Shown in pieces: positions 29,205 through 39,220 of a stretch of 64,000 nucleotides of DNA. Numbering within the stretch: the first letter of the stretch is position 1; each line of letters begins with the position of its first letter. The position numbers and the translations under genes are program-made. The notes beneath the pieces were generated by a model. That model was not told the origin of the DNA, made no database searches, and worked only from the letters and a program-made list of their open reading frames with translations. Origin of the DNA: a virus; IMG/VR virus record IMGVR_UViG_3300042691_019786. One strand, 5' to 3'.

Positions 29205-29708
29205 TTATAAATTATCGTTTTTTTCTTCTTTAAATATTTTAACGCTTGTAGGTCCTACCTCAAATGCGTAACCTTTTTCATTAAGTCTAGATTTATTATT
29301 CTCTACAATGTTTTTATATATAAAATCTTTTTGACCTTTTGAACCTTCCTTATCTTGACCATTAATAATAATTAAGAAAGGTTCATATTCTGATAAAAAT
29401 TGTAATAAAGCTTCACCAACAGTAGATAAAATTTTAAAATACGCTTTAGTTGTTGTTTTAAATTTTTGAATCATATTATTACCAACAGAAAACGCTAAAA
29501 CATAAGTTTTTTTATTTGACACTAAATCAATAAAATCTATTTTAACGTCATAACCAGATTCTTCGTCAAATGAAATCTCATAATCATCACCATACTTTAT
29601 TATGTTAAAACCACCTTCTTTAATATAAGGTGGATAATAACTTAAATTACCAATTTCATTAATATTATCTAGATTTTCCCTTAATAATTGTTTTATACGT
29701 TTTTTCAT
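29205..29708 (-). CDS. Hypothetical late protein (IKQLLRE N-terminus), paralog of 31368-31856
   Basis: Shared YF.IL.TV.EAL.QFL and KGQKD.IY motifs; TATTTAT upstream. Confidence 0.7.
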   Translation of the reverse strand: MKKRIKQLLRENLDNINEIGNLSYYPPYIKEGGFNIIKYGDDYEISFDEESGYDVKIDFIDLVSNKKTYVLAFSVGNNMIQKFKTTTKAYFKILSTVGEALLQFLSEYEPFLIIINGQDKEGSKGQKDFIYKNIVENNKSRLNEKGYAFEVGPTSVKIFKEEKNDNL

Positions 29709-29746
29709 ACTTATAAATATAGTAACACTATTAAAAAACTTAGTTG

Positions 29747-29830
29747 TACGGATAGTCAGACTCGAACTGACACGCATATTTCAGCAAATGCTTCTAAGGC
29801 ATTCGGGTCTACCAATTCCCCCATATCCGC
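29747..29830 (-). tRNA. tRNA-Leu(TAG)
   Basis: aatgc-ctTAGaa-gcatt; long variable arm. Confidence 0.9.
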
Positions 29831-29835
29831 ATATG

Positions 29836-29915
29836 TAGCCCGAGAGGGAGTCGAACCCTCACCCCGAAGGACTGGAGCTTAAATCCAGCGTGTATACCAA
29901 TTTCACCATCGGACC
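29836..29915 (-). tRNA. tRNA-Leu(TAA)
   Basis: ctgga-ttTAAgc-tccag. Confidence 0.9.
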
Positions 29916-29923
29916 GTTTATTG

Positions 29924-29996
29924 TAGGGGTAGAGGGATTCGAACCCCCGACCTATTGCATGTAAGGCAATTGCTGCTACCGCTGAGCTATACCCCT
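29924..29996 (-). tRNA. tRNA-Val(TAC)
   Basis: attgc-ctTACat-gcaat. Confidence 0.9.
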
Positions 29997-30188
29997 ATTT
30001 TTTATCTTTAATCATATTTGTTGCACAACAATCATATAGTTCTGCTATGTTTTTCTTTCCAGGTACATTTAGATTATCCAGTAACCCACTATCAATCCAT
30101 TTCTGAATTATTTCTTCACGTATGTTTTTCATATGTTCAATATTGTCTGATATTGAATGACCTAAGTTTTCCATGTTCTTAATTTTTG

Positions 30189-30259
30189 TTGGACTGGGAA
30201 TTTCGAAATCCCGACTTCTGCCATGTTAAAGCAGCACTCTGCCTCTGAGTTACAGTCCA
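30189..30259 (-). tRNA. tRNA-Val(AAC), unusual A34
   Basis: ctgct-ttAACat-ggcag. Confidence 0.7.
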
Positions 30260-30271
30260 ATATGCTAGGTT

Positions 30272-30622
30272 TTACCCTAGCTTTATAAATGTTTCATTCT
30301 TGATGGCTTTGCTTATCCATCTAGCTAATTCAGAACCTCTGATTTCAGCTTCAAAACTAGTTGTACCTAAATCACTTGATAATTGAATATTCAACTGGCC
30401 ATCATTAGCTGATTCTATTGTTTTTATTGGAAATTGGTATAATTCACCCATAACTACGATGTTGTAATACAAATTACCAGCAATGTAGTGACTAAACGTT
30501 GCCATATTCTTAGACTTCATTAAGTCTTTTTTGATTTCTATTTCGTTAAGCATAACCATTTTCTTTTTTCCATTTATCATGCATTTGATTAATTGTATGG
30601 TAAGGACTTCCTTCACCTTCAA
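30272..30622 (-). CDS. Hypothetical protein
   Basis: ORF inside a tRNA operon; start probably MLNEIE. Confidence 0.55.
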   Translation of the reverse strand: MKVKEVLTIQLIKCMINGKKKMVMLNEIEIKKDLMKSKNMATFSHYIAGNLYYNIVVMGELYQFPIKTIESANDGQLNIQLSSDLGTTSFEAEIRGSELARWISKAIKNETFIKLG

Positions 30623-30866
30623 TTATTTCATCAAACCCATTTTCTTTTGTTATTACAGACTCTTCTGATTTAATCGCACCTCTGTACTTATCACCATAGC
30701 TACCAGTAACAGTTTTTGATGCTGGGTCGATGTCGCCCCAAGATGTTCTCCAACTTCTTGGTTCGATGTACTCAATGTAATATTTTTTTCCAGTTTCTGG
30801 GTAGAAAACTACCTCTCTTCCAGTTTCCTCTCTGTTAACTAGGAAGTCTTTTCTTACGTCTGTCAT
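30546..30866 (-). CDS. Hypothetical phage protein
   Basis: TGK.Y.IE.I...WGDIDPA.K...G.YG.KY.G pattern. Confidence 0.7.
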   Translation of the reverse strand: MTDVRKDFLVNREETGREVVFYPETGKKYYIEYIEPRSWRTSWGDIDPASKTVTGSYGDKYRGAIKSEESVITKENGFDEIIEGEGSPYHTINQMHDKWKKENGYA

Positions 30867-31072
30867 AACACTTGTTTTTACTTTCTTTTAGTCTTTAACA
30901 ACTTTTTTATTATTTTACCCCAATTGAAATTACTTTCCAATTTGTTTACGTTTGGTCTAAGGTATTTTCTAGACCCTTCCATTTTTCCGCTAATCACTGT
31001 TCTAGTGGTTATTTTGTCGTTGTTTGTTTCCATACTCTTTTTTTTACTTTTATATTATTATTTTATCTTTTG

Positions 31073-31143
31073 AGGCATCGACTGGATTCGAACCAGTGTG
31101 GGAGGTTTTGCAGACCTCTGCCTAGCCACTCGGCCACGATGCC
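31073..31143 (-). tRNA. tRNA-Cys(GCA)
   Basis: gaggt-ctGCAaa-acctc; U73. Confidence 0.92.
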
Positions 31144-31147
31144 AAAT

Positions 31148-31180
31148 AAAAAAGGCCTATCAGTTATTTGATAGGCCTTT
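31148..31180 (-). terminator. Attenuator terminator 3
   Basis: AAAGGCCTATCA-aataac-TGATAGGCCTTTTTT; alternative pairing with the leader end GGTGGGCT..GTATGTT. Confidence 0.85.
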
Positions 31181-31203
31181 CGTATGTTTATTTTATGACT
31201 TCT

Positions 31204-31278
31204 TTAACATACATAGCCCACCACGTTTACCACTAGTAAACATAAAAGTAACGCTGATTGTGTGTAAAAAGTTTTCAT
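31204..31278 (-). CDS. Leader peptide 3 MKTFYTQSALLLCLLVVNVVGYVC
   Basis: Run LLLCLLVVNVV; downstream tRNAs are Cys, Val, Val, Leu, Leu. Confidence 0.88.
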   Translation of the reverse strand: MKTFYTQSALLLCLLVVNVVGYVC

Positions 31279-31367
31279 AGTTTTATTCTTTTTTATTATT
31301 AAATATATCACATCTATTAAATGTTATACAAATGTACGACATTTTTTTAGATTTGTCAAGACTTTTT

Positions 31368-31856
31368 TTAATTATTTTCTATTTTTTTTAAAGCTGGTGA
31401 ATCTAAAGGGTCAGCTAGTTCATAACCTAACGCTCTTAGTTCAGCAGCATTTTTTTCTATTACTTGATGATAGATGTTATCTTTTTGACCTTTCTTGCCT
31501 CTAGCGTCAGCACCAGCTAAATCAACATAATCTGGTTGAACTTCTTCTAAAAATTGCATAAGCGCTTCTTTAACTGTTGCTAAAATTTGAAAATAATGTC
31601 TAACATCAGTTTTATCAACAGAAATAGTTCTACCATCAACACCAAAACTAAAACTATATGACGTGTCATCCATAGGGTTAACATACGCTGCAATATTTAT
31701 ATTTTTATCTAATACCTCATCGTAAAAGAATGTTTCGTAATTATTACCGCTAAATTTATGAAAATGAAACTGACCTTTTTTATATCTTGGATTGCTTAAC
31801 TCACCAACTTCAGATATTAAACTTTCTCTTAGTAATTCTTTTATTAATTTCTTCAT
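31368..31856 (-). CDS. Hypothetical late protein (LIKELLRE N-terminus)
   Basis: Paralog of 29205-29708. Confidence 0.7.
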   Translation of the reverse strand: MKKLIKELLRESLISEVGELSNPRYKKGQFHFHKFSGNNYETFFYDEVLDKNINIAAYVNPMDDTSYSFSFGVDGRTISVDKTDVRHYFQILATVKEALMQFLEEVQPDYVDLAGADARGKKGQKDNIYHQVIEKNAAELRALGYELADPLDSPALKKIENN

Positions 31857-31905
31857 ATTAATAAATATATTGACAAATTGAAAATTAATCGTTATAATTA
31901 TAATT

Positions 31906-32028
31906 ATGGGATATGTTTATTTGTTATTTTGCGTCAATAAAGACGGTAGTGAAGGTTATAAGATTGGTATTACCAAGAATGACCCAAATAAACGTGTAAA
32001 GCAATTGCAGACTTTTCACAAATTATAG
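31906..32028 (+). pseudogene. Truncated N-terminal copy of the T5orf172-like gene
   Basis: MGYVYLL...YKIGITK...KRVKQLQT, then stop. Confidence 0.7.
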
Positions 32029-32050
32029 ATATTTATTAATAAAAATAAAA

Positions 32051-32677
32051 ATGAATTATATTTACGTATTGAAAGACCCTATAACTGATGAAATTAAATA
32101 TGTTGGTAAAAGTATTAACCCATATGATAGATGTAGGAAACATATTAGCGAAGCTAAAATTACTGGTGCTAATAATCATAGAATTAATTGGATAAAATCA
32201 TTATTAAAACTTGGTTTAACCCCCAATATGGAAATAATGGATGAAATAGATGGTGAATGGGAATGGTTAGAACAATATTGGATAAGTCAATTTAAAACAT
32301 GGGGTTTTAATTTAACAAATGGAACTTTTGGTGGTGAAAATCCTCCTTCATGGAAGGGTAGAACACATACTGATGAATATAAAGAAATTAGAAGAAAATT
32401 AATGAAAGATAATAACCCAGCTAAAAATATGACAAATGAGTGGAAAGAAAATATTAGTAAAGCACATAAAAAAAACAAATACAATCCTATAGTAGCGTCT
32501 GAGGTTAATAAGAAAAAAGTGTGTCAATTAACTTTAAGTGGTGATGTAATTAAAGTTTGGTCTTCAATAACAGACGCAGCGAAAGGTATTGGTCTTAAAA
32601 GTAGTTATGGTATTGGTGCTGTATGTCGTGGTGAAAGAAATAAATCTGGTGGTTTTAAATGGAAATATTATGAATAA
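32051..32677 (+). mobile_element. GIY-YIG homing endonuclease with NUMOD/IENR1 C-terminus
   Basis: YIY.L.DP...YVGK...R...H and W.SI..AA...C.G.R..SGGFKWKY motifs. Confidence 0.85.
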
Positions 32678-32999
32678 AGGTTTTGTATATCTATTACTAG
32701 CGATAGATGAAAAAGGTGATGAAAAATATAAAATAGGTGTAACTAAACGTAGCATAGCTAAACGAATTTCTGAATTACAGACTGGGAACGCATATAAGAT
32801 TCAATTACTTAAATTTTATAAGTCTGAAAACTACTTAAAAGTAGAACGTTTTTTACATAGAAAATATATGATAAAAACTGAAGCTGAAAATGAGTGGAGA
32901 ACACTTACTGATGAACAAGTTATTTCATTTATTAAAGATTGCGAGGAAGCCGATAATAATATCAACTTCCTTTTAAAAAACAATCCTTTCTATAAATAA
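32670..32999 (+). CDS. T5orf172/GIY-YIG-like protein
   Basis: GFVYL...YKIG.T....RI.ELQTGN...E..LH...EW. Confidence 0.8.
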   Translation: MNKGFVYLLLAIDEKGDEKYKIGVTKRSIAKRISELQTGNAYKIQLLKFYKSENYLKVERFLHRKYMIKTEAENEWRTLTDEQVISFIKDCEEADNNINFLLKNNPFYK

Positions 33000-33240
33000 T
33001 TAAAGACTTCGAAATCTTTTAACAATCTCTTCATCTGACAACGGTGCATGTCTTTTGTACCATTTAAGTAATACTTTATCACCGTTAATTACCATATCAG
33101 AAATACCCCATTCTCGAATAATATCTTTATGATACCTAGTTTCTATAACGTTTATTACACTTCTTTTGTAATCTTCATCCCAGAAACCTAGTATTTCCAT
33201 ATTCTTCTGGTGTAATTCTAAAAATTCTTTTCCGTCCATA

Positions 33241-34434
33241 TTATAACTTGTAAAATTCTCTTCTTATTTTAACCAATAAAGTATTAACCAATTCTGGGTC
33301 AATCTTGTTTGGTAAGTCTGATTCGTCAAAGATTCTATCCATCTCTTTGATTTCAGCTTCTGCTGTATCAATAAGTGTATCTAAATCAACTTCACCACGT
33401 CTAATCGCTAACAATTCTTTAGCGTCTGGTCGTCTAACGATAATACCTTCACCTCTACCAATTTCTTTAGCCATTCTGATTAATCGCATACAATGCATCA
33501 TGTTTTTACCGTCAATCTTTTGACCATGTGCTTGTGTGTCAACATAACGCTGTTCATTTCTGTTAGCCAACCATTCTTCATACTCTTTGTAATCTTTACA
33601 ATGCATTGAGTAACCATCTTTGTTATAGATAATGTTACAGATAGGTTTTTCACCTTTTGGTATACTAGATAACCTTAATTGATTTGATTCAGCAGCGTTT
33701 GCACCTTCACCAGTCTTAACAAGACCTTTATATCCAAAACCCATAGGGTAACCTTCTTCTTTTCTCCAAGCTTTAGACTTTTCTCTAATATCTTCTGGAA
33801 TGTTTTCGTTAAAACAGTTATTAGCATCAACATCAAAGAAAACAGCATAAACATCTCTAGCGTTAGGTACGTTAGTTACACCGCAAAACTTTTCATCATA
33901 TGTACCGTTATTCCACACTTTCCATGGAATAGATTTTTCACCTTCAATAACATATACAAAGTCCAATACATCTTTACGAGTTACTTTATCTTTCTCCCAA
34001 TTCTGTTTTTTGTTAAGACCTCTAGCTTTTTGGATTTGCTGTACAGCATAACCAGCAAATGAGTTCTTACACCTTTTGGTAATAAAATCAGCCTTGTGGT
34101 CCAATACATATTGGAACAATGGATGTTTTGTGATGATACAATCTTCTGGTGTGTTAAGCAACTCTAAAACTGTAGGATTTGAGCTTCCCATTAGTTCTAA
34201 GAACCTTTTTAACTCCCAACCAGTATAGTCAGCATTAACATTCAACTGTTCAACATATCCAGTACCCAAGATATTATCAATAGGTAACATGTAAACGAAT
34301 TTTCGGTCTTCGTCAGACGTTGGTGTCTGAGTACCATAGGCTTGACTACCAATAATGCATTCAAAAAGAATCAATCCATTCTCTTTAAGGTAATCGTATG
34401 TAATTTTCTGTGTCATATTCTTAATTTTTAACAA
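33241..34434 (-). CDS. Pol-beta-superfamily nucleotidyltransferase (YcgL/RlaP-like)
   Basis: GSQAYG....SD.D, NP.VLE and K...H..RL...IR.G motifs. Confidence 0.85.
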   Translation of the reverse strand: MLKIKNMTQKITYDYLKENGLILFECIIGSQAYGTQTPTSDEDRKFVYMLPIDNILGTGYVEQLNVNADYTGWELKRFLELMGSSNPTVLELLNTPEDCIITKHPLFQYVLDHKADFITKRCKNSFAGYAVQQIQKARGLNKKQNWEKDKVTRKDVLDFVYVIEGEKSIPWKVWNNGTYDEKFCGVTNVPNARDVYAVFFDVDANNCFNENIPEDIREKSKAWRKEEGYPMGFGYKGLVKTGEGANAAESNQLRLSSIPKGEKPICNIIYNKDGYSMHCKDYKEYEEWLANRNEQRYVDTQAHGQKIDGKNMMHCMRLIRMAKEIGRGEGIIVRRPDAKELLAIRRGEVDLDTLIDTAEAEIKEMDRIFDESDLPNKIDPELVNTLLVKIRREFYKL

Positions 34435-34516
34435 AGGTATGTATAATTTATTAATCTACCAAACATTAACCTATTTATTTTTTAAAATATTCTACTTATA
34501 TTTAAAATAAAACATT

Positions 34517-34660
34517 ATGACTGATATTAAAAAAATTAGTGTGGCATTGTCACCAGAGATTCTTAAACAATTAGAAGAAGGTAATTATAATAAATCCAAA
34601 TTAATCGATTCACTTCTAACTGAACACTTTAAGAAAGAAAACGAAAAAAAGATTAAATAA
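34517..34660 (+). CDS. Small ribbon-helix-helix-like DNA-binding protein
   Basis: MTDIKKISVALSPEILKQLEEGNYNKSKLIDSLLTEHF... Confidence 0.6.
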   Translation: MTDIKKISVALSPEILKQLEEGNYNKSKLIDSLLTEHFKKENEKKIK

Positions 34661-34723
34661 AATTCGTACTAGTACGACTTTTTTAATATTTCTAGATATT
34701 TATAGATATAAACAATAAATATT

Positions 34724-34885
34724 ATGGGAAGAAAAGCAAAAACAACAGAAGAAAAGAAAGGTAAATTATCTATTACCATATCATCAGAAAACTATGACCA
34801 ACTTGTTAAAGATGGGATGAATAAGTCACAACTAATCAATTGGTTGTTAGAGCAGCATTTTAACAGTCTTAACAATGGAAAGTAA
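34724..34885 (+). CDS. Small ribbon-helix-helix-like DNA-binding protein
   Basis: ...KLSITISSENYDQLVKDGMNKSQLINWLLEQHF...; overlaps the HNH start. Confidence 0.6.
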   Translation: MGRKAKTTEEKKGKLSITISSENYDQLVKDGMNKSQLINWLLEQHFNSLNNGK

Positions 34886-35513
34886 GGTTTGCACCAACTG
34901 TGGTGAAGAAAAAGCATTGTGTGACTTCTATAAACGTTTAAATCAAACAACAGCACAGTGTAAAGAATGTATTAAATCAAACATGAGGGATAAATATAAA
35001 GAAAACCCATCTAAAGATATTGAATACAGTAGAAACTACCGAAAAGCTAACCCATTAAAAGGTCGTGAAGACGCTAAGAAATGGCGTGAGGCTAATCCAG
35101 ATAGAGATAAAGAAAATAAGGCTAAATGGTTAGCTAAGAATCCAGATTACGAGAAAGAAAGAAGTAAACGTAGACGTAAAGAAACACCACACATATTTGC
35201 ATGGCGTGATATGTTAAAAGACTCATTAAAAAGGCTAGGAAAGAAAAAAGAAGGTCATACAATAGACCTTCTTGGATATTCTGCTCTGGAATTAAAAGAA
35301 CACATAGAATCTTTATTCACCGAAGGTATGACTTGGGATAACCATGGTGAATGGCACATAGACCATATAAAACCAGTAATTACTTTCGACCCAGCAACAC
35401 CTTCTAGTGTCGTAAATGCTTTGAGTAATCTACAACCATTATGGTCTACTACAAGAGAGATAGATGGTGTTGTTTACTTAGGGAACTTAAACAAAGGAAA
35501 ATATCAATTTTAA
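34875..35513 (+). mobile_element. HNH homing endonuclease with N-terminal zinc finger
   Basis: C..C...C..C; GMTWDNHGEWHIDHIKP...NLQPLW...N..K. Confidence 0.85.
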
Positions 35514-36159
35514 TTTTTATTGGGTTTAACACCAATTGTCGGTCTTGAACGAAAACGAATAGCTAATAAATCATCTTTTGATTTTCTTAGGTGCTCATTA
35601 AAGAAATCTCGATACTCTTCTTGTTTTTCTTTTGATAATTTTTTAATCCCATATTCTTCTTCACATAATTCCATGCGTTTTAACCAAATAATATCATCAT
35701 ATGTTCTATATGGGTTAGAACTACGTCTATTTCTACGTATTTCTTCTCGTTCTTTTTCAAATGTTTTAACAATATTTAACGCATTTTGATAATCAGTCCA
35801 AGTAAAAGTCATAATATGTGAATTGGTTTAATAAAAATTACTATAAGCGTTCTACTTATTTTTTAAAAAGTATAAAAAATACTGTATGACCATCCTCAAA
35901 ATTTTCAATTATTTCAAAATCTGTATATTCATCTGAATATTCATCAATTACTTTTTCTATTTTTTTAAACAACTCACTACCTATATTGTAGTCAAGTAGT
36001 ACAATATCATCTAATTTTACTTTAACAACTTTATCTTTTTTAAGTTGTTCTAGTTTAAGTTTCAATACGTTTTTAAATATTTGTTTCATTTTATTTAAGT
36101 TTTAAATTTATAAGACAAAGATACTAATATTATTTCAATTTGTCAAGCTTTTATTATTT

Positions 36160-36366
36160 TTAATTCATTAAACCAACGTAATCTTTGTTAACGTTTAATT
36201 GTTCAATATAACCAGTCCCTAAGATGTAATCTTGTGGTAGGATATATACAAACTTTTTGTCAACGTCAGACGTTGGTGTTTGGGTTCCGTATGCTTGAGA
36301 GCCGATAATACATTCAAATAAAATCAACCCATTCTTTTCTAAAAATTCGTGTGTAATCTTTTCCAT
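36160..36366 (-). pseudogene. Truncated N-terminal duplicate of the nucleotidyltransferase 33241-34434
   Basis: NGLILFECIIGSQAYGTQTPTSD identical in both copies; ends after LNVNKDYVG. Confidence 0.8.
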
Positions 36367-36563
36367 TTTATTTTCTACCTAAAGTTAAATTTTTCTCAAC
36401 TCGTATTTCACTATTCTTCAATGTCCAAATCTCACCGTTATCCATAGCACATGTAAACATCAAATCATGTTCTTGTGAATAATCTATAACCAAAAAAGCA
36501 TAACCTTTCATGTTATCTGATACCCTTATAATCGGTATTGTTGGATTTAATTGTAACATCATA

Positions 36564-37205
36564 CTAGTCCCACCATTTTCTAATATTGTCAGCTAAAATC
36601 TTAAACAATAATCTATGACATCTTTCTTGATTCTCATGTGCAATCTCCATTGCATAGATTTGTTTATTTTTAGCTTCATCATCGTATCTAGTAAATCTAG
36701 ATAATTCACCACTGACAGCTTTTTTATATTGTCTTGGGTATTTCTTAAAGAACTCATCGAAATTCTCTGATAATTCATCGCTTTTCCATTCGTATGTTTT
36801 TTCACCAGCAAATTCTTTATCGCTTTCAACAAAATAATGTTTACTCTTATGGTAATCCATATATTCCATGTTGTAAGTTTCATCTTGTTCTAATTCAATT
36901 AGTCTAGCGACAAGATTCATAATTTCAGCATCACGTTTTGCACTAGTATGGAAATCTCTTTCAGCAATATATTTTGCTTGTCTTTTGATTTTAAATTTTA
37001 AAACCTCAAAGATATAATGGTCGTCCCAATCTCTGTCTTTCCATATAATTGGAAACCACGATATCAAATTTTTAACGCTAATCACAAAGTTACGTGGGTA
37101 ATATCTAAGGTCTTGTAACCACCATCTTATTTTATCAAACATTGTTGATTTGTAATCATCAAAATCAATAATTTCTTTTACTTTATCTTCCATATTAATT
37201 TTCAC
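36564..37205 (-). CDS. Hypothetical phage protein
   Basis: W..IIWKDRDWD...WWD pattern. Confidence 0.7.
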   Translation of the reverse strand: MKINMEDKVKEIIDFDDYKSTMFDKIRWWLQDLRYYPRNFVISVKNLISWFPIIWKDRDWDDHYIFEVLKFKIKRQAKYIAERDFHTSAKRDAEIMNLVARLIELEQDETYNMEYMDYHKSKHYFVESDKEFAGEKTYEWKSDELSENFDEFFKKYPRQYKKAVSGELSRFTRYDDEAKNKQIYAMEIAHENQERCHRLLFKILADNIRKWWD

Positions 37206-38091
37206 TTATTTCGATATATATTTCACTAATTTGTTTAAACTCTTTCATTATATCACGTTTCATTTCTTCAACAGTGTCTTCAACGTTATATACTTTCATA
37301 AAGTCATCACCATTTATTGATATCAATAACAAATAGTTATTTTTACCCATCGTCATTGTTTTTATTCTATTTACATGTGTTACCAACTCAAAATCGCTAA
37401 TTATTTCTTTGATACGCACTCTATCTTTTCTAGGCATACTTTCACCAATAATCAACTTACGTAATTCATTCACTAACGAGTATGAAACATAACACAACGT
37501 CATACCTACCATTATACTACCTATACCATCAAATATTGGTAACCAAATAGCTAAACACGTACAAATAAACGCTATTGCTAAACCAATCAATGCCGCTGCA
37601 TCTTCCAATAGTATCACTATTAAGTTAATATCAACTGATTTCTTTATTGCTTTAAAAAATGACGCTTTGGATGTTTTACGCAATTCTTTTAATGCAACAT
37701 AAAAAGATTTAGCTTCAATTATTAATGATATACCTAATACAGCTAACGCCCATGTAACATGTTGTACTGGTTCTGGATTACCAATTTTATGAATCCCTTC
37801 ATAAAATGAATATGCAGCACCACCAAAAAACAATAATATTGCAACCATAAACCCCCAAAAATACTCTTCACGACCATAACCAAACGGGTGTAACTCATCG
37901 TTTTCTTTTTTGGTTCTTTTATTACCAATCAATAAAAATATTTGGTTTAAACAATCTGCACTAGAGTGGATAGCTTCAGCCATCATTGACGCACTTTTAG
38001 TGAAAAACGCTGCAATAAATTTTAAGATAGTAATTAAACCGTTACCAGTTAAAGCAACCATCACCGCTTTTGTTGAATTTGAACTACTCAT
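37195..38091 (-). CDS. Cation diffusion facilitator transporter
   Basis: S.SM.AEAIHS.AD, HPFGYGRE and ED motifs; 6 TM helices. Confidence 0.92.
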   Translation of the reverse strand: MSSSNSTKAVMVALTGNGLITILKFIAAFFTKSASMMAEAIHSSADCLNQIFLLIGNKRTKKENDELHPFGYGREEYFWGFMVAILLFFGGAAYSFYEGIHKIGNPEPVQHVTWALAVLGISLIIEAKSFYVALKELRKTSKASFFKAIKKSVDINLIVILLEDAAALIGLAIAFICTCLAIWLPIFDGIGSIMVGMTLCYVSYSLVNELRKLIIGESMPRKDRVRIKEIISDFELVTHVNRIKTMTMGKNNYLLLISINGDDFMKVYNVEDTVEEMKRDIMKEFKQISEIYIEISEN

Positions 38092-38138
38092 TATTTAATT
38101 TTTAAATTTATAATACAAATGTATAAATCATTTTTGAC

Positions 38139-38681
38139 TTATGCAAATTTTATGAAACCTTTTTTAATTAAATCGTGAATATATGATGAATGGTGAATGT
38201 TTTTCTCATTTGCATACCCAATTGACATGTGCATTCCGAAATATGGTCTACCCAAACCTAATTCATCTCTAATTGATTGGAGTTGTTCTCTTTCTTCATG
38301 TGGAATGTTTAACCACCAATGTTCTGAGTTGGTTCTAGGGTCTAAGTCTAAGACTATATCAATTTTTTTACCATCCCATTTTTTCTTAACTTCTTCCCAT
38401 TTAGCTTCAACTTCTTCTGCTGACAACACACCGTTTTGTGATAAATCTTTCATACTATCGTTGATAAATGAAATGTGAGCACCACGTAGCGGTTTGTTTA
38501 ATATAAGATTGTATCTTTTCTTGATGAACCATGCATAATATTCAGCAACGTCACCATCAAAAAATACCATAGCAATCTTCTTCCAAGAAGATTGGTTAGA
38601 ATGTTTCTTAGTTCGGTCCTCTGGCTCGAACCCAATAGTTCCAGATAATGTTATTCTTCCTTGCATTTTCTCTTCGTTCAT
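38139..38681 (-). CDS. 2H-phosphoesterase-like protein
   Basis: Two HxS motifs (AHISF, MHMSIG). Confidence 0.6.
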   Translation of the reverse strand: MNEEKMQGRITLSGTIGFEPEDRTKKHSNQSSWKKIAMVFFDGDVAEYYAWFIKKRYNLILNKPLRGAHISFINDSMKDLSQNGVLSAEEVEAKWEEVKKKWDGKKIDIVLDLDPRTNSEHWWLNIPHEEREQLQSIRDELGLGRPYFGMHMSIGYANEKNIHHSSYIHDLIKKGFIKFA

Positions 38682-39180
38682 AACTTGTGGTTATAAATCC
38701 TTTTTGTGGTGAAAAATTCATTGGATTATAGATTGTTTGTGTTGGTTCCAAACCAACACATTCCAATAACTCAAAAAATTCATCTTTCTTTTTAATTTGA
38801 CCTCTTAAATCTTTAAGTATTTGTGCATCAATCTCTTTAGCTATCTCATCACTTAATAATTTGATAAGTTCAGCTTCGGCATCCATGATACCATATCGTT
38901 GTAAATCAGTTATTCTTTCTTCTGACCATACAGCATTTATCCTTTTAGTTCCAAGTGATAGCTTATATGCGTTTTCATCATAACCTTTTGAAAAATACCA
39001 TTTTTTGATTACTTCTTGAGTAAAGTCTACTTCATGGTTAAATATTTTAACTAGATATTGTAATAAATTAAAACCCCATTCTTGAGTGTCATCATATTTG
39101 ATTATAAAGACACCTTCTTTTACGTGATAATATTTATCTAAATACCTAGTAATTTCTTGTTCTTTCTCAAAATCTTCCAT
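38608..39180 (-). CDS. Protein containing major-capsid (gp23-like) segments
   Basis: WS.E..DL...GI.DAEAEL..LLSDEIAKEIDAQIL and YNP.NF.P.KG. Confidence 0.55.
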   Translation of the reverse strand: MEDFEKEQEITRYLDKYYHVKEGVFIIKYDDTQEWGFNLLQYLVKIFNHEVDFTQEVIKKWYFSKGYDENAYKLSLGTKRINAVWSEERITDLQRYGIMDAEAELIKLLSDEIAKEIDAQILKDLRGQIKKKDEFFELLECVGLEPTQTIYNPMNFSPQKGFITTSYERRENARKNNIIWNYWVRARGPN

Positions 39181-39220
39181 GTTTAATTATAAAGAAGATT
39201 TTGAGAAAAATCAATAGTTT

